A stretch of 64,000 nt of DNA from Thermoplasmata archaeon (GTDB lineage: Archaea > Thermoplasmatota > Thermoplasmata > Lutacidiplasmatales > UBA184): the NCBI GenBank assembly GCA_027315165.1, contig DAHUYN010000003.1:95846-159845 (forward strand), written 5' to 3'. Within the stretch, counting starts at the first letter, position 1, and the number at the start of each line of letters is the position of its first letter. A model generated the notes under the pieces. The model had not been told where the DNA came from. It saw only the letters and a program-made list of their open reading frames with translations, and searched no databases. The position numbers were made by a program, and so were the translations under genes. Shown here piece by piece: positions 37,973 through 47,716 of the stretch.

Positions 37973-38058
37973 GCTCAGAGAGTCTCTCCCTGGACCTAGA
38001 TAAACTTGGGGTCAGCGTTCAAATAGACCCAGCCCGTATACGACTCCCCGTTGCCTGC

Positions 38059-38754
38059 GTGAGCAGGCGCGAGGACCCGCCTCGGGGCCGCACGCGCCCC
38101 CCCGGGGGCCTCCGGGGAGTCGACGTCGTGGCAGAGCAACGGTCGCCCGCGGCGAGGCTGGTGCTTCCGTTCGAGCGGCGACGGCACCGTCGGAGCCGCT
38201 GGGTCGTCTTCTCGCCGTTCGTCGTCGCGGTCGTCGTGGTCGCCTCGGTCCTCGTCTGGGGCTGGGAGACCCGGACCTCCGCCTCGCCGCCCCCGGGGAC
38301 CGCCCCCGTCACCGGCCCCAGCCCGAACCCGCAGAACGACCGGCTGCTCTCGCTCGCCGGTAGCGTGGCGGCGACGGCCAACACGACCGGTTGGGTGGTG
38401 CTGGCGAGCTCGGGAGAGCTCTGCCGCCAGTGCCCGTTCGTGATCCCCGCCATCGAGGCCTTCGCGCCGCCGATCGCGGGGCTCACCGTCTACCTCAACC
38501 TCTCGAACACCGGCCCCAACTACGCGAACGTCAGCGGCTTCTCGTTGACGACGACGGCCCCGACCTCCGGATCGCCCCTCCGACTCTACTACGTCGTCTG
38601 CTGCGCACCCTACTACGACGAGGACACCGAGTCGCTCTGGCTCGCCCCGGGACAGACGGTCTCGCTCGAGGCGCTCGTCGCCGCCCCGACGCTCTCGGGC
38701 CCGGCGGAGGTCGACTACGCCCTCGAGCTCGCCCTCACGGTCTCGAGCGAGTAG
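38059..38754 (+). CDS. Hypothetical membrane-anchored protein
   Basis: One TM followed by a beta-rich domain (CxxC, VYLNLSNTG, LAPGQTVSL). Start uncertain. Confidence 0.65.
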   Translation: MSRREDPPRGRTRPPGGLRGVDVVAEQRSPAARLVLPFERRRHRRSRWVVFSPFVVAVVVVASVLVWGWETRTSASPPPGTAPVTGPSPNPQNDRLLSLAGSVAATANTTGWVVLASSGELCRQCPFVIPAIEAFAPPIAGLTVYLNLSNTGPNYANVSGFSLTTTAPTSGSPLRLYYVVCCAPYYDEDTESLWLAPGQTVSLEALVAAPTLSGPAEVDYALELALTVSSE

Positions 38755-38810
38755 GCGGGGTCAGACCGGCTCGACGGTACCGCCAACTCTCCCGGGCCCG
38801 TGGGCCGGGC

Positions 38811-39074
38811 ATGTCCGCGAATCCCGTCGCCGAGGGCCGGTTCGGCACCTCCCGGACGCACCCGATGCGCCCGGAGGGCTGGCGGATCGTCCTCTCGATC
38901 GTCCTGCCGACCGTCTGGCTCAGCTTCACGCTCCTCTACGTCGGCTTCTGGGCTCCGTCGTTCTCGCTCTTCCAGAGCGTGATCGTCGTCCTGGTCTCGG
39001 TGATCGTCCTCGCGGGAGTCCTCGGTGCCGCGTGGGCCTCGTTCGGCCTGCGCCAGCACTTCGGTCCCCCGTGA
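38811..39074 (+). CDS. Small two-TM membrane protein
   Basis: WRIVLSIV..VWL.F.LL..GFWA..FSLFQ. ATG at 38811 (or near 38865). Confidence 0.65.
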   Translation: MSANPVAEGRFGTSRTHPMRPEGWRIVLSIVLPTVWLSFTLLYVGFWAPSFSLFQSVIVVLVSVIVLAGVLGAAWASFGLRQHFGPP

Positions 39075-39137
39075 CCGTCCGGCGACGGCCACCCCGCCCT
39101 TCATCTTCCGGGACCGCCTGACCCGCCGGGAGGGCCG

Positions 39138-39575
39138 ATGGCCAACGCGACGACGTTCCGGCGGGTCCTCGTCGCGGTCGACGGCTCCGCCGTCTCGCTC
39201 CGGGCCGTCGAGCATGCGGTCCGGCTCGCCAAGCAGGACGGGGCGGAGCTCGTCGCCGTCCACATCGTCCCCTCTCCGCCCGTCGAGGTCCCGGGCGAGC
39301 TCGCCGACTACTACGAGCGGGCCCGGGGCGAGGCGCGGCGGTGGATGAAGGAGGTCGAGACCGCCGCCCAGCAGGAAGGCGTCCGCCTCCGGACGGACAT
39401 CGTCGTCGGCGCGTACTCCGTCGTCGACGCTGTCCTCGGCTACGCCGAGACGGTCTCGGCCGACCTCCTCGTGACGGGCACGAGGGGTCGGACGCCCTCG
39501 CGCCGGATCCTGGTCGGGAGCGTGGCGAGCGGGCTCGTCGAGTACGCCAGCTGCGCGGTCCTCGTCATCCGTTAG
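39138..39575 (+). CDS. Universal stress protein (UspA family)
   Basis: FRRVLVAVDGS, ADLLV.G.RG, LVGSVA and CAVLVIR motifs. Confidence 0.95.
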   Translation: MANATTFRRVLVAVDGSAVSLRAVEHAVRLAKQDGAELVAVHIVPSPPVEVPGELADYYERARGEARRWMKEVETAAQQEGVRLRTDIVVGAYSVVDAVLGYAETVSADLLVTGTRGRTPSRRILVGSVASGLVEYASCAVLVIR

Positions 39576-39593
39576 TCGGAGGGGGACGACGTC

Positions 39594-41210
39594 GTGGCGG
39601 TCGCCCGCTTGACCCGCGTGCGGGTCGCGGCGACCTCCGAGACGCTAGGTCGCGTCGTGGCCGCGCTTGTCGCCTTCGGCGGCTTCCACCCCTCGCGCCG
39701 CGAGGGCCTCGTCCAGGAGATCCGCCTCATCCTGTGGGCCTCAAGGGCCCAGTCGGTCTACGGGTCGGCGACGGAGCTGCTCCGCAGCGAGAGCCTCAAG
39801 GCCGTTGCGGCAGAGCCGCGAACGCCGATCGATTTCACGATCGACGACCTCGAGGGGTTCCTCGGGGACCTCGAGGGGGACCTCGCCTTCCTCACCCGCA
39901 ACCTCCCTCTCGTCCGCGACGACGACGACCGTCGCTCGATCGCGAGCCTCCTCAACGGGATGCAGGCGGTGAGTCTCGCGGTCTTCCATGCCGTGAGCCG
40001 GCTTCTCGTCCTTCCGGGGCCGGGCGGAGGGGTCCTCCTCGAGGGGTTCGTTCCGTCGCGCTCGCTCGCGGCGTTCCGCGACCGCCTCGGCGCCGCGGTC
40101 GTCGAGGCCGAGCCGATGCGGCGACGAGGTCAGGACGACCCCTACGTCCCGACGCTCCTCGTCAACCCGAGGGCGATCGCGCTGTTCGAGCGCCTGACCC
40201 TGGACCGGGGGATCCCCCGCTACAGCGAGATCGACCCGACGCCGATCGTGGCGCTCGTCTTCCCGCTCTTCTTCGGGATCATGTTCGGCGACCTCGGCCA
40301 CGGGGTCACGCTGCTCGCGGTCGGGCTCTATCTCGCGTACCGGACCCGGTACGTCTACTGGGGCCAGCTCATCCTCGCCTTCGGGATCGCCTCGGGCCTG
40401 GTGGGCCTGCTCCGGGGGGTCTTCTTCGGAGTGACGTTCCGGACCCCCCTCGCCCACCTCTTCCCGATCCCCCCGGCGCTGAGCGCCGAGCTCACGTTCG
40501 CCTACCTGCCTCTCCTTCTCGAGGTCGCCGTCCTGATCGGGACCCTGCACCTGGCGAGCGCCTACACGATCGCGATCCTCAACCAGTGGCGCTCTCGCCG
40601 GTATCGGGAGGCGGCGCTGAGCGGGATCCCCACGCTCGTCCTCTACGCCTCCCTCGTGCCGTTCGGGTTCGCGGTCCTCGGGACGGGGCTCCGGCCCTGG
40701 CTCGTCCTCACGAGCCAGGCTCCGACCCCGTTCTTCCTCGACTTCCTCGAGCTCCGCCTTCCGGTGGCGGCCGTCGCCGAGGCGACGCTCCCGTGGATCG
40801 TCGGCGCGTTCGCGGTTCTCGTGTTCGGCCCGCTCGTCGAGGCGCTCTGGCTCCGGCGGAGCCGGTCGGGCGGACGGGCCCGGGCCTGGAACGGGCTCCT
40901 GAGCGGGGTCGCGCGGCCCCTCGACTTCGTGCTCAACACGCTGAGCTACGTGCGCCTGGCCGCGCTCCTCGTCGCCAACACACTCCTCACCGGGCTCATC
41001 GCGAGGGCGCTCGTGCTCGGCCCCGCCGGAGTCGTCGTCGCCGCGCTCCTCAACCTCCCGCTGATGGCGATGGAGGGGCTGATCGTCTACCTGCAGGACA
41101 TGCGGCTCCACTGGCTCGAGTGGCTTTCGAAGTTCTACTCGGGGACGGGGACGGCCTTCGAGCCGCTCGCCCTCGAGGGCGTCGGGTTCCGCGTCCTCAG
41201 CGCGGGGTGA
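39594..41210 (+). CDS. A/V-type ATPase subunit I (a) homolog, orphan
   Basis: PTLL.NP, P.YSEIDPT, FP.FFG.MFGD.GHG, NTLSYVRL and RLHWLEW.SKFY.G.G..FEP motifs. Confidence 0.88.
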   Translation: MAVARLTRVRVAATSETLGRVVAALVAFGGFHPSRREGLVQEIRLILWASRAQSVYGSATELLRSESLKAVAAEPRTPIDFTIDDLEGFLGDLEGDLAFLTRNLPLVRDDDDRRSIASLLNGMQAVSLAVFHAVSRLLVLPGPGGGVLLEGFVPSRSLAAFRDRLGAAVVEAEPMRRRGQDDPYVPTLLVNPRAIALFERLTLDRGIPRYSEIDPTPIVALVFPLFFGIMFGDLGHGVTLLAVGLYLAYRTRYVYWGQLILAFGIASGLVGLLRGVFFGVTFRTPLAHLFPIPPALSAELTFAYLPLLLEVAVLIGTLHLASAYTIAILNQWRSRRYREAALSGIPTLVLYASLVPFGFAVLGTGLRPWLVLTSQAPTPFFLDFLELRLPVAAVAEATLPWIVGAFAVLVFGPLVEALWLRRSRSGGRARAWNGLLSGVARPLDFVLNTLSYVRLAALLVANTLLTGLIARALVLGPAGVVVAALLNLPLMAMEGLIVYLQDMRLHWLEWLSKFYSGTGTAFEPLALEGVGFRVLSAG

Positions 41211-41751
41211 GCCCGCCCCCGGGCGCGGCGGCGCCCGGGGCCGAGGCGGGTCCCGCGGGCCGGAGGCGCCGTCCGAGCAGGAGCTCGCCCCCCACGAGCC
41301 GCATCCGGCTCCGAAGCCCCCAGGCGCCGAGGCCGCCCTCGCGGTAGCCGAGTTCCTTGCGCTCGACCTCCCGAAAGCCACGCGACCGGAACAGCCGCAG
41401 CGACGGCCCGTTGTCCTCACCGACGGCGCCGTAGGCGACCTCGGCCCCCTCGACGTCGAACCAGGCGAGCGCGTCGTCGAGGAGCCGCGCTCCCACGCCC
41501 TCGCGGCGGTGTTCGGGAGCGACCGCGAGGTAGTAGACGTAGCCGACCTCCGGGACGAGCCGCTCGAGCATCGAGAGCCCGATCAGCTCGCCCGACCTCT
41601 CCGCGCCCCGGACCCTATCGATCGCGCGCAGCGTCCGCTTGGCGTGCCAGCGATAGATCCCCGTGAAGCAGGCCTCGAGGAGGGGCACCGCCCGGGCGCG
41701 CTCGGCGCCGTCAAGGCTCTTGAGCCCGAGCGGGACGTCGGGCGCCCGCAT
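41197..41751 (-). CDS. GNAT family N-acetyltransferase
   Basis: YVYYLAVAPEHRREGVGARLL and N..SLRLF...GF. ATG at 41751. Confidence 0.9.
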   Translation of the reverse strand: MRAPDVPLGLKSLDGAERARAVPLLEACFTGIYRWHAKRTLRAIDRVRGAERSGELIGLSMLERLVPEVGYVYYLAVAPEHRREGVGARLLDDALAWFDVEGAEVAYGAVGEDNGPSLRLFRSRGFREVERKELGYREGGLGAWGLRSRMRLVGGELLLGRRLRPAGPASAPGAAAPGGGLTPR

Positions 41752-42060
41752 GGCGGTGGGAGGGCCGGGGGAGTTAGAACGGTTGTGCCGATCCTCGGAC
41801 ACGGGGGTCGCCGGACCGGAAGAGCTGCCCTCGCCAGGGGACGGCGCGGACGACGCAACGCTCTCGAGCCGACCCGGGAGAGTCCTCCGGCGCAGGACCG
41901 ACACGCCCACGCCAGGGCTCGGACTCGAGGCCGGAGGCGTCCGGTCGGCGGACCCGCCTCGAGAGGTCTCGCCGATCGTTCCGTCCGCCCGAGGTCGCGC
42001 GCGCGCTCGCGGGTCCATCGAGGATAAGAGGAGGCCGGCCGTGCGCGCGCCCGGTGCGTC

Positions 42061-44061
42061 TTGACCGACCCCGCGGCGACCCGGGACGCTTCTCTCGGCC
42101 GACTGCCGTTCACGCTCGCCCCCGACGCGCTCGCTCGCGAGGCCGCCGCGGTGCTGCAGGAGGCGCGCGCCCGGCTCGAGGCCCTCGCGGCGGAGGCGGC
42201 GCCGCCGACCGTCGGGAGCTTCCTCGTCCCGCTGGACGAGCTCCTGGTCTCCGTGCGCGACCTCGGGAGCCACAGCTCGCTGCTGTTCGCGACCCATCCC
42301 GACGAGGAGGCTCGAACGGCGGCCCGGCAGGCCTCGGAGTCGGCCGACCGCTTCTTCAACGAGTTCCGGATCGATCCCCGGGTCTACGCGAAGCTGCGGG
42401 CGACCCCCCTGCCCGAGGGCGACGCGCCCACGCGGCTCGCCGTCGACAAGCTCCTCCGTGAGATGCGCCGGGCCGGCGCCGAGCGCTCCGAGGCGGAGCG
42501 ACGCCGGGTCGTCGAGCTCTCGAACGCGATCGACGAGACGTCGAACCAGTTCATGGAGAACGTCGCGAGGGGCCAGCGCTCGATTCTCGTCGCCGGCGCC
42601 GACCGGCTCGTCGGCCTCCCGCCGGACTACCTCAAGGCGCATCCCCCGGGGCCGGACGGCGGCATCCGCCTCACGACGAGCTATCCCGATGTCTACCCGG
42701 TCCTCGCCTACTGCGACGCGGCGGCCGTCCGGCGCGACCTCCTCCGTACCTTCCTCAACGTCGCCTACCCCGAGAACCTCGAGGTCCTCTCGAAGCTCTT
42801 GCGGCTGCGACGAGAGCTCGCCGAGCGCCTCGACTTCGCCGACTTCGCCACCTACGCGACCGAGGACAAGATGATGGAGCGGCCCGAGGCCGTCGCCGAG
42901 TTCCTCGACCGCCTCTCGTCGATGCTCTCGGCGCCCGCGCGCGAGGACCTCGAAAGGACCCTGGCCCGAAAGCGCAAGGACGACCCCGGGGCCGAGCGTC
43001 TCGAGCTCTGGGACGCGTCGTTCTGGAGCCAGGGCTACTACGACACGAAGCTCCGCCAGGAGACCTTCGGCGTCGACCCGAGGGCGCTTCGGGCCTACCT
43101 CCCCTACGGGGCGATCCGGGACGGCCTGTTCGAGCTCTGCGAGACCCTCTTCGGACTGACGTTCACGCGCACGCGCTCGGTGCCGCTCTGGCACGAGAGC
43201 GTCGAGGCCTACGAGGTGGCGCGCGGGGGCCGCCCGATCGGCCGCTGCTACTTCGACCTCGTCCCTCGCGCGGGGAAGTACAACCACGCCGCCTGCTTCA
43301 CGGTGCGCGACGGCCTGCGCGAGCGGCTGCCTCAAGCGGCGCTCGTCTGCAACTTCCTCGACCCCGGCACGCCCGCGGAGACGGCTCGGATGGAGTACCG
43401 CGACGTCGTCACCTTCTTCCACGAGTTCGGTCACCTGCTCCACGCGCTCCTCTCGGGGCACGGCCGCTGGCTCTACACGACGATGTCCTCGCTCGAGCTC
43501 GACTTCATCGAGGCGCCGTCGCAGCTCTTCGAGGAGTGGGCGCGGGACCCGGCGACGCTCGCCCGGTTCGCGCGGAACCCTGAGACCGGTGAGCCGATCC
43601 CCCTCGAGCTCGTCCAGCGCCTCAAGGACTCCGAAGCGATGGGGCGGGCGGCCCGAGAGCTTCGGCAGGTCGCGCTCGCCGCGATCTCCCTAGACCTCTA
43701 CCGACGCGACCCGCGAGGGCTCGACACGGACGCGGCGTTCCGGGAGGTCTGGGACGCCCGCTACCCCGCCCCGATCGACCCGGGCTACCATCCCCAGGCG
43801 GCCTGGGGGCACCTCACGGGCTACTCCGCCTGCTACTACACCTACCTCTGGTCGTCGGTGATCGCGCGCGACCTGCTCACGCCGTTCCACGAGGCCGCCT
43901 CGCTCACCGACGCGGCGGCCGCGGCGCGCTATGCCCGGGAGATCCTCGAACCCGGCGGGTCGCGTCCCGCCGCCGAGCTCGTGCGCCGCTACCTCGACCG
44001 CGAGTTCCGGTTCGACGCCTACGAGCGGTGGGCGCTCGCCGGAGCGGGTCGGCGATCGTAG
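42061..44061 (+). CDS. M3 family metallopeptidase (thimet oligopeptidase-like)
   Basis: TFFHEFGHLLH (HExxH), DFIEAPSQ and GYSACYYTYLWS. Confidence 0.95.
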   Translation: MTDPAATRDASLGRLPFTLAPDALAREAAAVLQEARARLEALAAEAAPPTVGSFLVPLDELLVSVRDLGSHSSLLFATHPDEEARTAARQASESADRFFNEFRIDPRVYAKLRATPLPEGDAPTRLAVDKLLREMRRAGAERSEAERRRVVELSNAIDETSNQFMENVARGQRSILVAGADRLVGLPPDYLKAHPPGPDGGIRLTTSYPDVYPVLAYCDAAAVRRDLLRTFLNVAYPENLEVLSKLLRLRRELAERLDFADFATYATEDKMMERPEAVAEFLDRLSSMLSAPAREDLERTLARKRKDDPGAERLELWDASFWSQGYYDTKLRQETFGVDPRALRAYLPYGAIRDGLFELCETLFGLTFTRTRSVPLWHESVEAYEVARGGRPIGRCYFDLVPRAGKYNHAACFTVRDGLRERLPQAALVCNFLDPGTPAETARMEYRDVVTFFHEFGHLLHALLSGHGRWLYTTMSSLELDFIEAPSQLFEEWARDPATLARFARNPETGEPIPLELVQRLKDSEAMGRAARELRQVALAAISLDLYRRDPRGLDTDAAFREVWDARYPAPIDPGYHPQAAWGHLTGYSACYYTYLWSSVIARDLLTPFHEAASLTDAAAAARYAREILEPGGSRPAAELVRRYLDREFRFDAYERWALAGAGRRS

Positions 44062-44107
44062 GCGCGACCGTCCCGGACGGCGTCGACGAGGGCGACCCCG
44101 GCCGCGA

Positions 44108-45385
44108 CTACGCGGGGGTCGGCTCCCGGTGCGTCGGGGCCCCGCCCTCGCCGCCGTCCGCGGGCGCGTAGGCCTCCTCGCCGAACTCGGCGATGTCGAG
44201 ACCCTGCCCCTCCTCCTCCGGCGCGACCCTAAGCGGCGAGACGACGTTGATCACGCGGAGCAGCGCGTAGGAGCCGACGAAGGCGAAGACGGCGACGACG
44301 ACGATCCCGAACAGCTGGATGAGCGCCTCGTGGGGGTTGCCGTAGAAGAGCCCGTTGGGCCCGGCCGCGTTGACGGCGGTCGTCGCGAAGAGGCCCGTGG
44401 CGAGCGTGCCCCACATCCCGCCCGCCCCGTGGCAGGCGAAGACGTCGAGGGAGTCGTCGAGCCGCGTCCGCGCCCGCCAGTTGGCGATGTAGTTGCAGAG
44501 GACCCCGGCGACGAGGCCGATGACGATCGACGCCGAGGGCCCGACGAACCCCGCGGCGGGCGTCACGGCCGCGAGGCCGCACACCGAGCCGACGGCCATG
44601 CCGACGGCGGACGGCTTGCCCCGCTTGACCCAGTCGACGAGCATCCACGCGACGCCCGCCGCGGCGGCCGCGAGGTTCGTCGTCACGAGCGCGTTGACGG
44701 CGACGTCGTTGGCCGCGAGCGCGCTCCCCGCGTTGAACCCGAACCAGCCGAACCAGAGGATCGCCGTCCCGAGGATGACGTAGGGGACGTTGTTGGGCCG
44801 CGTCTCGCGGCGCTCCCCCTCGGGCCGGCGGCCGATGACGATCGCAGCCGCGACGGCGGAGACGCCCGCCGAGGTGTGCACGACAAGGCCGCCCGCGAAG
44901 TCGACGACCCCGAGGTGGTGGAGCCATCCGCCCGGGTTCCAGATCCACATCGCGATCGGGACGTAGATGAGGGTCGTCCACAGCACGATGAACAGGAGGA
45001 GCGACTTCAGCCGGACCCGCCCGGCGAACGCGCCGATGATCAGCGCGGGCGTGATGGCAGCGAACTTGAGCTGGAAGGCGAAGAAGAGGAGCGCGGGAAT
45101 CGTCGCGGAGTACTCCGGGTCGGGCACGCCCCCGACCCCCTGGAGACCCACGTGCGAGAGGTTGCCGATGAGGCCGTTCCACGCCGGACCGAAGGTGAGC
45201 GTATAGCCCCAGAGGGCCCAGACGAGGCTCACGACGGAGAAGATCATCAGGCACTGGACGATCGTGGCGACGAGGTTCTTCCGGCGGACGAGGCCCCCGT
45301 AGAAGAAGCCGAGCGCCGGCGTCATGATCATCACGAGCGCCGTCGCGCCGAGCACCCAGGCGATGTCCCCGGAGTCGAGCGCCAT
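44108..45385 (-). CDS. amt: Ammonium transporter
   Basis: D.GD.AW, FFYGGLVR.KN, DFAGG.VVH, WFGWFGFNAGS and DDSLDVF..HG. ATG at 45385. Confidence 0.97.
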   Translation of the reverse strand: MALDSGDIAWVLGATALVMIMTPALGFFYGGLVRRKNLVATIVQCLMIFSVVSLVWALWGYTLTFGPAWNGLIGNLSHVGLQGVGGVPDPEYSATIPALLFFAFQLKFAAITPALIIGAFAGRVRLKSLLLFIVLWTTLIYVPIAMWIWNPGGWLHHLGVVDFAGGLVVHTSAGVSAVAAAIVIGRRPEGERRETRPNNVPYVILGTAILWFGWFGFNAGSALAANDVAVNALVTTNLAAAAAGVAWMLVDWVKRGKPSAVGMAVGSVCGLAAVTPAAGFVGPSASIVIGLVAGVLCNYIANWRARTRLDDSLDVFACHGAGGMWGTLATGLFATTAVNAAGPNGLFYGNPHEALIQLFGIVVVAVFAFVGSYALLRVINVVSPLRVAPEEEGQGLDIAEFGEEAYAPADGGEGGAPTHREPTPA

Positions 45386-45607
45386 CCCTAGGCGGGGCCG
45401 CCTCCGGTCGACCGACGGACCTGGCGCCGTGACACCCTTGCCATCCCGCCTTCGACACGAGGGGCGCGGGCGTCTCGGATAAACCTTGACCTTCACGAGA
45501 GAGGGCCGCCCGGGGCCCCGCCGACCCGCGGTCGAGCGGTTCGAGCGTCAGCCGGGGTTGACCGCCGACCCAAGAGGTCGGGCGACCTCGCCCCTTGGAG
45601 GGAACCC

Positions 45608-46156
45608 ATGTCCGCACTCCGACTCTCGAGGGTCGCGACAGGCCTCGTCGTGGCGCTGCTCTTGGCGACCGGCCTTCTGGCCGCACTCGGCAGCGCCGCC
45701 GCCCGACCTGCCGTGACGTCCGTGACGACCCAGCCGCTCCCGACGGTCTCGCTCACCATCCAGCTCCAGGGAGGGCTCTACGTCTTCTCGCCGCACCAGG
45801 TCGCCGTCGCCAGCCAGACGCCGGTCGCGGTGCGCATCGTGAACTACGACCCGATCCGGGGCGGCGTGCTCGCCCCCTCCTACCTCGCCGTCTCCGGCAC
45901 GATCGGCGGCAGCGAGCTCGTCCTGATGGGGTCGACGGTCGCGATCGTCCACCAGGTCGCCGCGGTCAGCCAGACGTTCACGATGGTGACGCCGGGGCTC
46001 CGGCTCAACGCGCCGATCCCTCCCGCGCTCTCGCCGCTCAGCCCGACGGTCGTCATCTTCACCGTCGTGTTCCCCGCCGCCGGAACGTTCGTCTGGACGA
46101 CGAACGTCCTCGGGCCCGGCCCGCACGGCGTGGCGGGCGTGGTCGTCATCAGCTGA
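45608..46156 (+). CDS. Secreted cupredoxin-like protein (copper ligands apparently absent)
   Basis: Signal peptide; FSP..V.V....PV.V.IVNYD, SQTFT, LNAPIP and F.AAGTF.W...G.V.I pattern. Confidence 0.6.
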   Translation: MSALRLSRVATGLVVALLLATGLLAALGSAAARPAVTSVTTQPLPTVSLTIQLQGGLYVFSPHQVAVASQTPVAVRIVNYDPIRGGVLAPSYLAVSGTIGGSELVLMGSTVAIVHQVAAVSQTFTMVTPGLRLNAPIPPALSPLSPTVVIFTVVFPAAGTFVWTTNVLGPGPHGVAGVVVIS

Positions 46157-46214
46157 GGGTGCGGCCGACGCGTCGGGTCTTGCTCCCGGGCGGCCGTCGA
46201 GGTCGCCCGGGACC

Positions 46215-47648
46215 CTACGCGTGCCAGCTGGGACCGCCGTAGCCGCTCGGCCTCGAGGGGGGCACCGCGCCTCCGAACGGGTCCGGCCTCGGCGTCGGCG
46301 GGACCCCGTGCTTTTTCGAGAGGTAGGCGTCGATCGCCCCGGCGACCCGCGCGCCCGCCGACATCGCGTAGACGACGGACCTCCCGCCCGCGGCGAAGAC
46401 CCCCTCGACGTCGGTCATCCCGTCCTCGTGGCGACCCTCGGGCCACGGGTGCGGGGCGGTGACGAGGTCGAGCGCGTCCGGCAGTCCGGTGAGGTCGGCC
46501 CGCTCGCCGGCGGCGACGACAACGGTGTCGCACGGGATCACCTCCTCCGTGCCGGGGACCAGGACCGTCGTCGGGCGGCCCCGCGCGTCGGCCGGTCCTT
46601 CGGTCGTGCGGACGACGACGAGCCGCTCGACCTGTCGGGCCCCCTCGATGCGCACGGGGGCGCGCTCGTAGAGGAACTGGATCCCCTCGAGCTCGCCGCC
46701 CTCCCGCTCCTCGGGGCCGGCGGGCATCGACGACGCCGTGCGCCGGTAGACGATCGTGACGCTCCCCCCCTCGGTGAGTCGGCGGCTCGAGCGGGCGGCG
46801 TCGAGCGCCACGTCCCCGCCCCCGACGACGACGACGCGTCGGTTGCGGCGGCCGAACAGCCCTTCGGGACCCTGGTTGGCCGCGAGAAGATACGGCAGCG
46901 CGTAGTAGACCCCGGGAAGCGCCTCCCCCGGAAGACCGAGGACCCGAGGGTCCGAGGCGCCGACGGCGAGAAGGACGGCCTCGTAGCCCTCCGCGAGGAG
47001 CGACTCCGGGCTGCGGTCGGGGCCGGCGCGCGCTCCGGTGACGAAGGTGATGTCAAGGCCGCGGAACCTCGCGAGGTCCCGGTCGAGCTCGGTGCCGTCG
47101 AGGTGGTACCTCGGGATCGTGTCGACCTGTCCGCCGAGGAACGGCTGCGCTTCGAAGACGGTGACGCCGTAGCCGCGGAGGGCGAGGTCCCACGCGGCCG
47201 TGAGCCCCGTGGGGCCGCCGCCGACGACCGCGATCCGACGGTGCTTGGGCGCGCTCGGGACGTAGGCAAGGTCGGCCTGGCCGAGCTCGAGCGCCGCGCG
47301 CTTGAGGTGCCGGATGGCGATCGGCACGCCGCGTCCACCCATCACGCAGTCCTCCTCGCAGTAGTGGTAACAGGTCTTGCAGAGGACCGTGGCGAGCGGG
47401 TTGTCGCGGACGGTGAGGCGGGCCGCGTCGTCGAACCGGCTCTGCGCGAGGAGCGTGATGTAGCCGCGGCAGTCCTGCGTGATCGGGCAGGCCTGCACGC
47501 AGAACGGCATCGCGCACTCGAGGCAGCGCTGCGCTTCGAGGACCGCCTCCTCCTTCGTGTAGGCGTGCAGGATCTCCGAGAACCCCTCGAGCCGCTCCGC
47601 CGGGCTCTCCTCGGGGATCGGCGTCCGCTCGTACCGTCGATTCTCCAT
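46215..47648 (-). CDS. GltD/SudA-like NAD(P)H-dependent FAD and Fe-S oxidoreductase
   Basis: EAQRCLECAMPFCVQACP, CKTCYHYCEEDC, IAVVGGGPTG, VVVVGGGDVALDAAR and VYRR. Confidence 0.92.
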   Translation of the reverse strand: MENRRYERTPIPEESPAERLEGFSEILHAYTKEEAVLEAQRCLECAMPFCVQACPITQDCRGYITLLAQSRFDDAARLTVRDNPLATVLCKTCYHYCEEDCVMGGRGVPIAIRHLKRAALELGQADLAYVPSAPKHRRIAVVGGGPTGLTAAWDLALRGYGVTVFEAQPFLGGQVDTIPRYHLDGTELDRDLARFRGLDITFVTGARAGPDRSPESLLAEGYEAVLLAVGASDPRVLGLPGEALPGVYYALPYLLAANQGPEGLFGRRNRRVVVVGGGDVALDAARSSRRLTEGGSVTIVYRRTASSMPAGPEEREGGELEGIQFLYERAPVRIEGARQVERLVVVRTTEGPADARGRPTTVLVPGTEEVIPCDTVVVAAGERADLTGLPDALDLVTAPHPWPEGRHEDGMTDVEGVFAAGGRSVVYAMSAGARVAGAIDAYLSKKHGVPPTPRPDPFGGAVPPSRPSGYGGPSWHA

Positions 47649-47716
47649 CGCGCCTCCGGGGTGCCGGACGCGCGGCGAAGCCGGGGACTCGTATAGGTCC
47701 GTCGCGCGCGCGGCGG

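Noticed and set aside
41770..42030. Possible ncRNA or small gene between the GNAT and M3 peptidase genes
   Set aside because: No recognisable motif or credible ORF; hairpins are expected by chance at this GC content.
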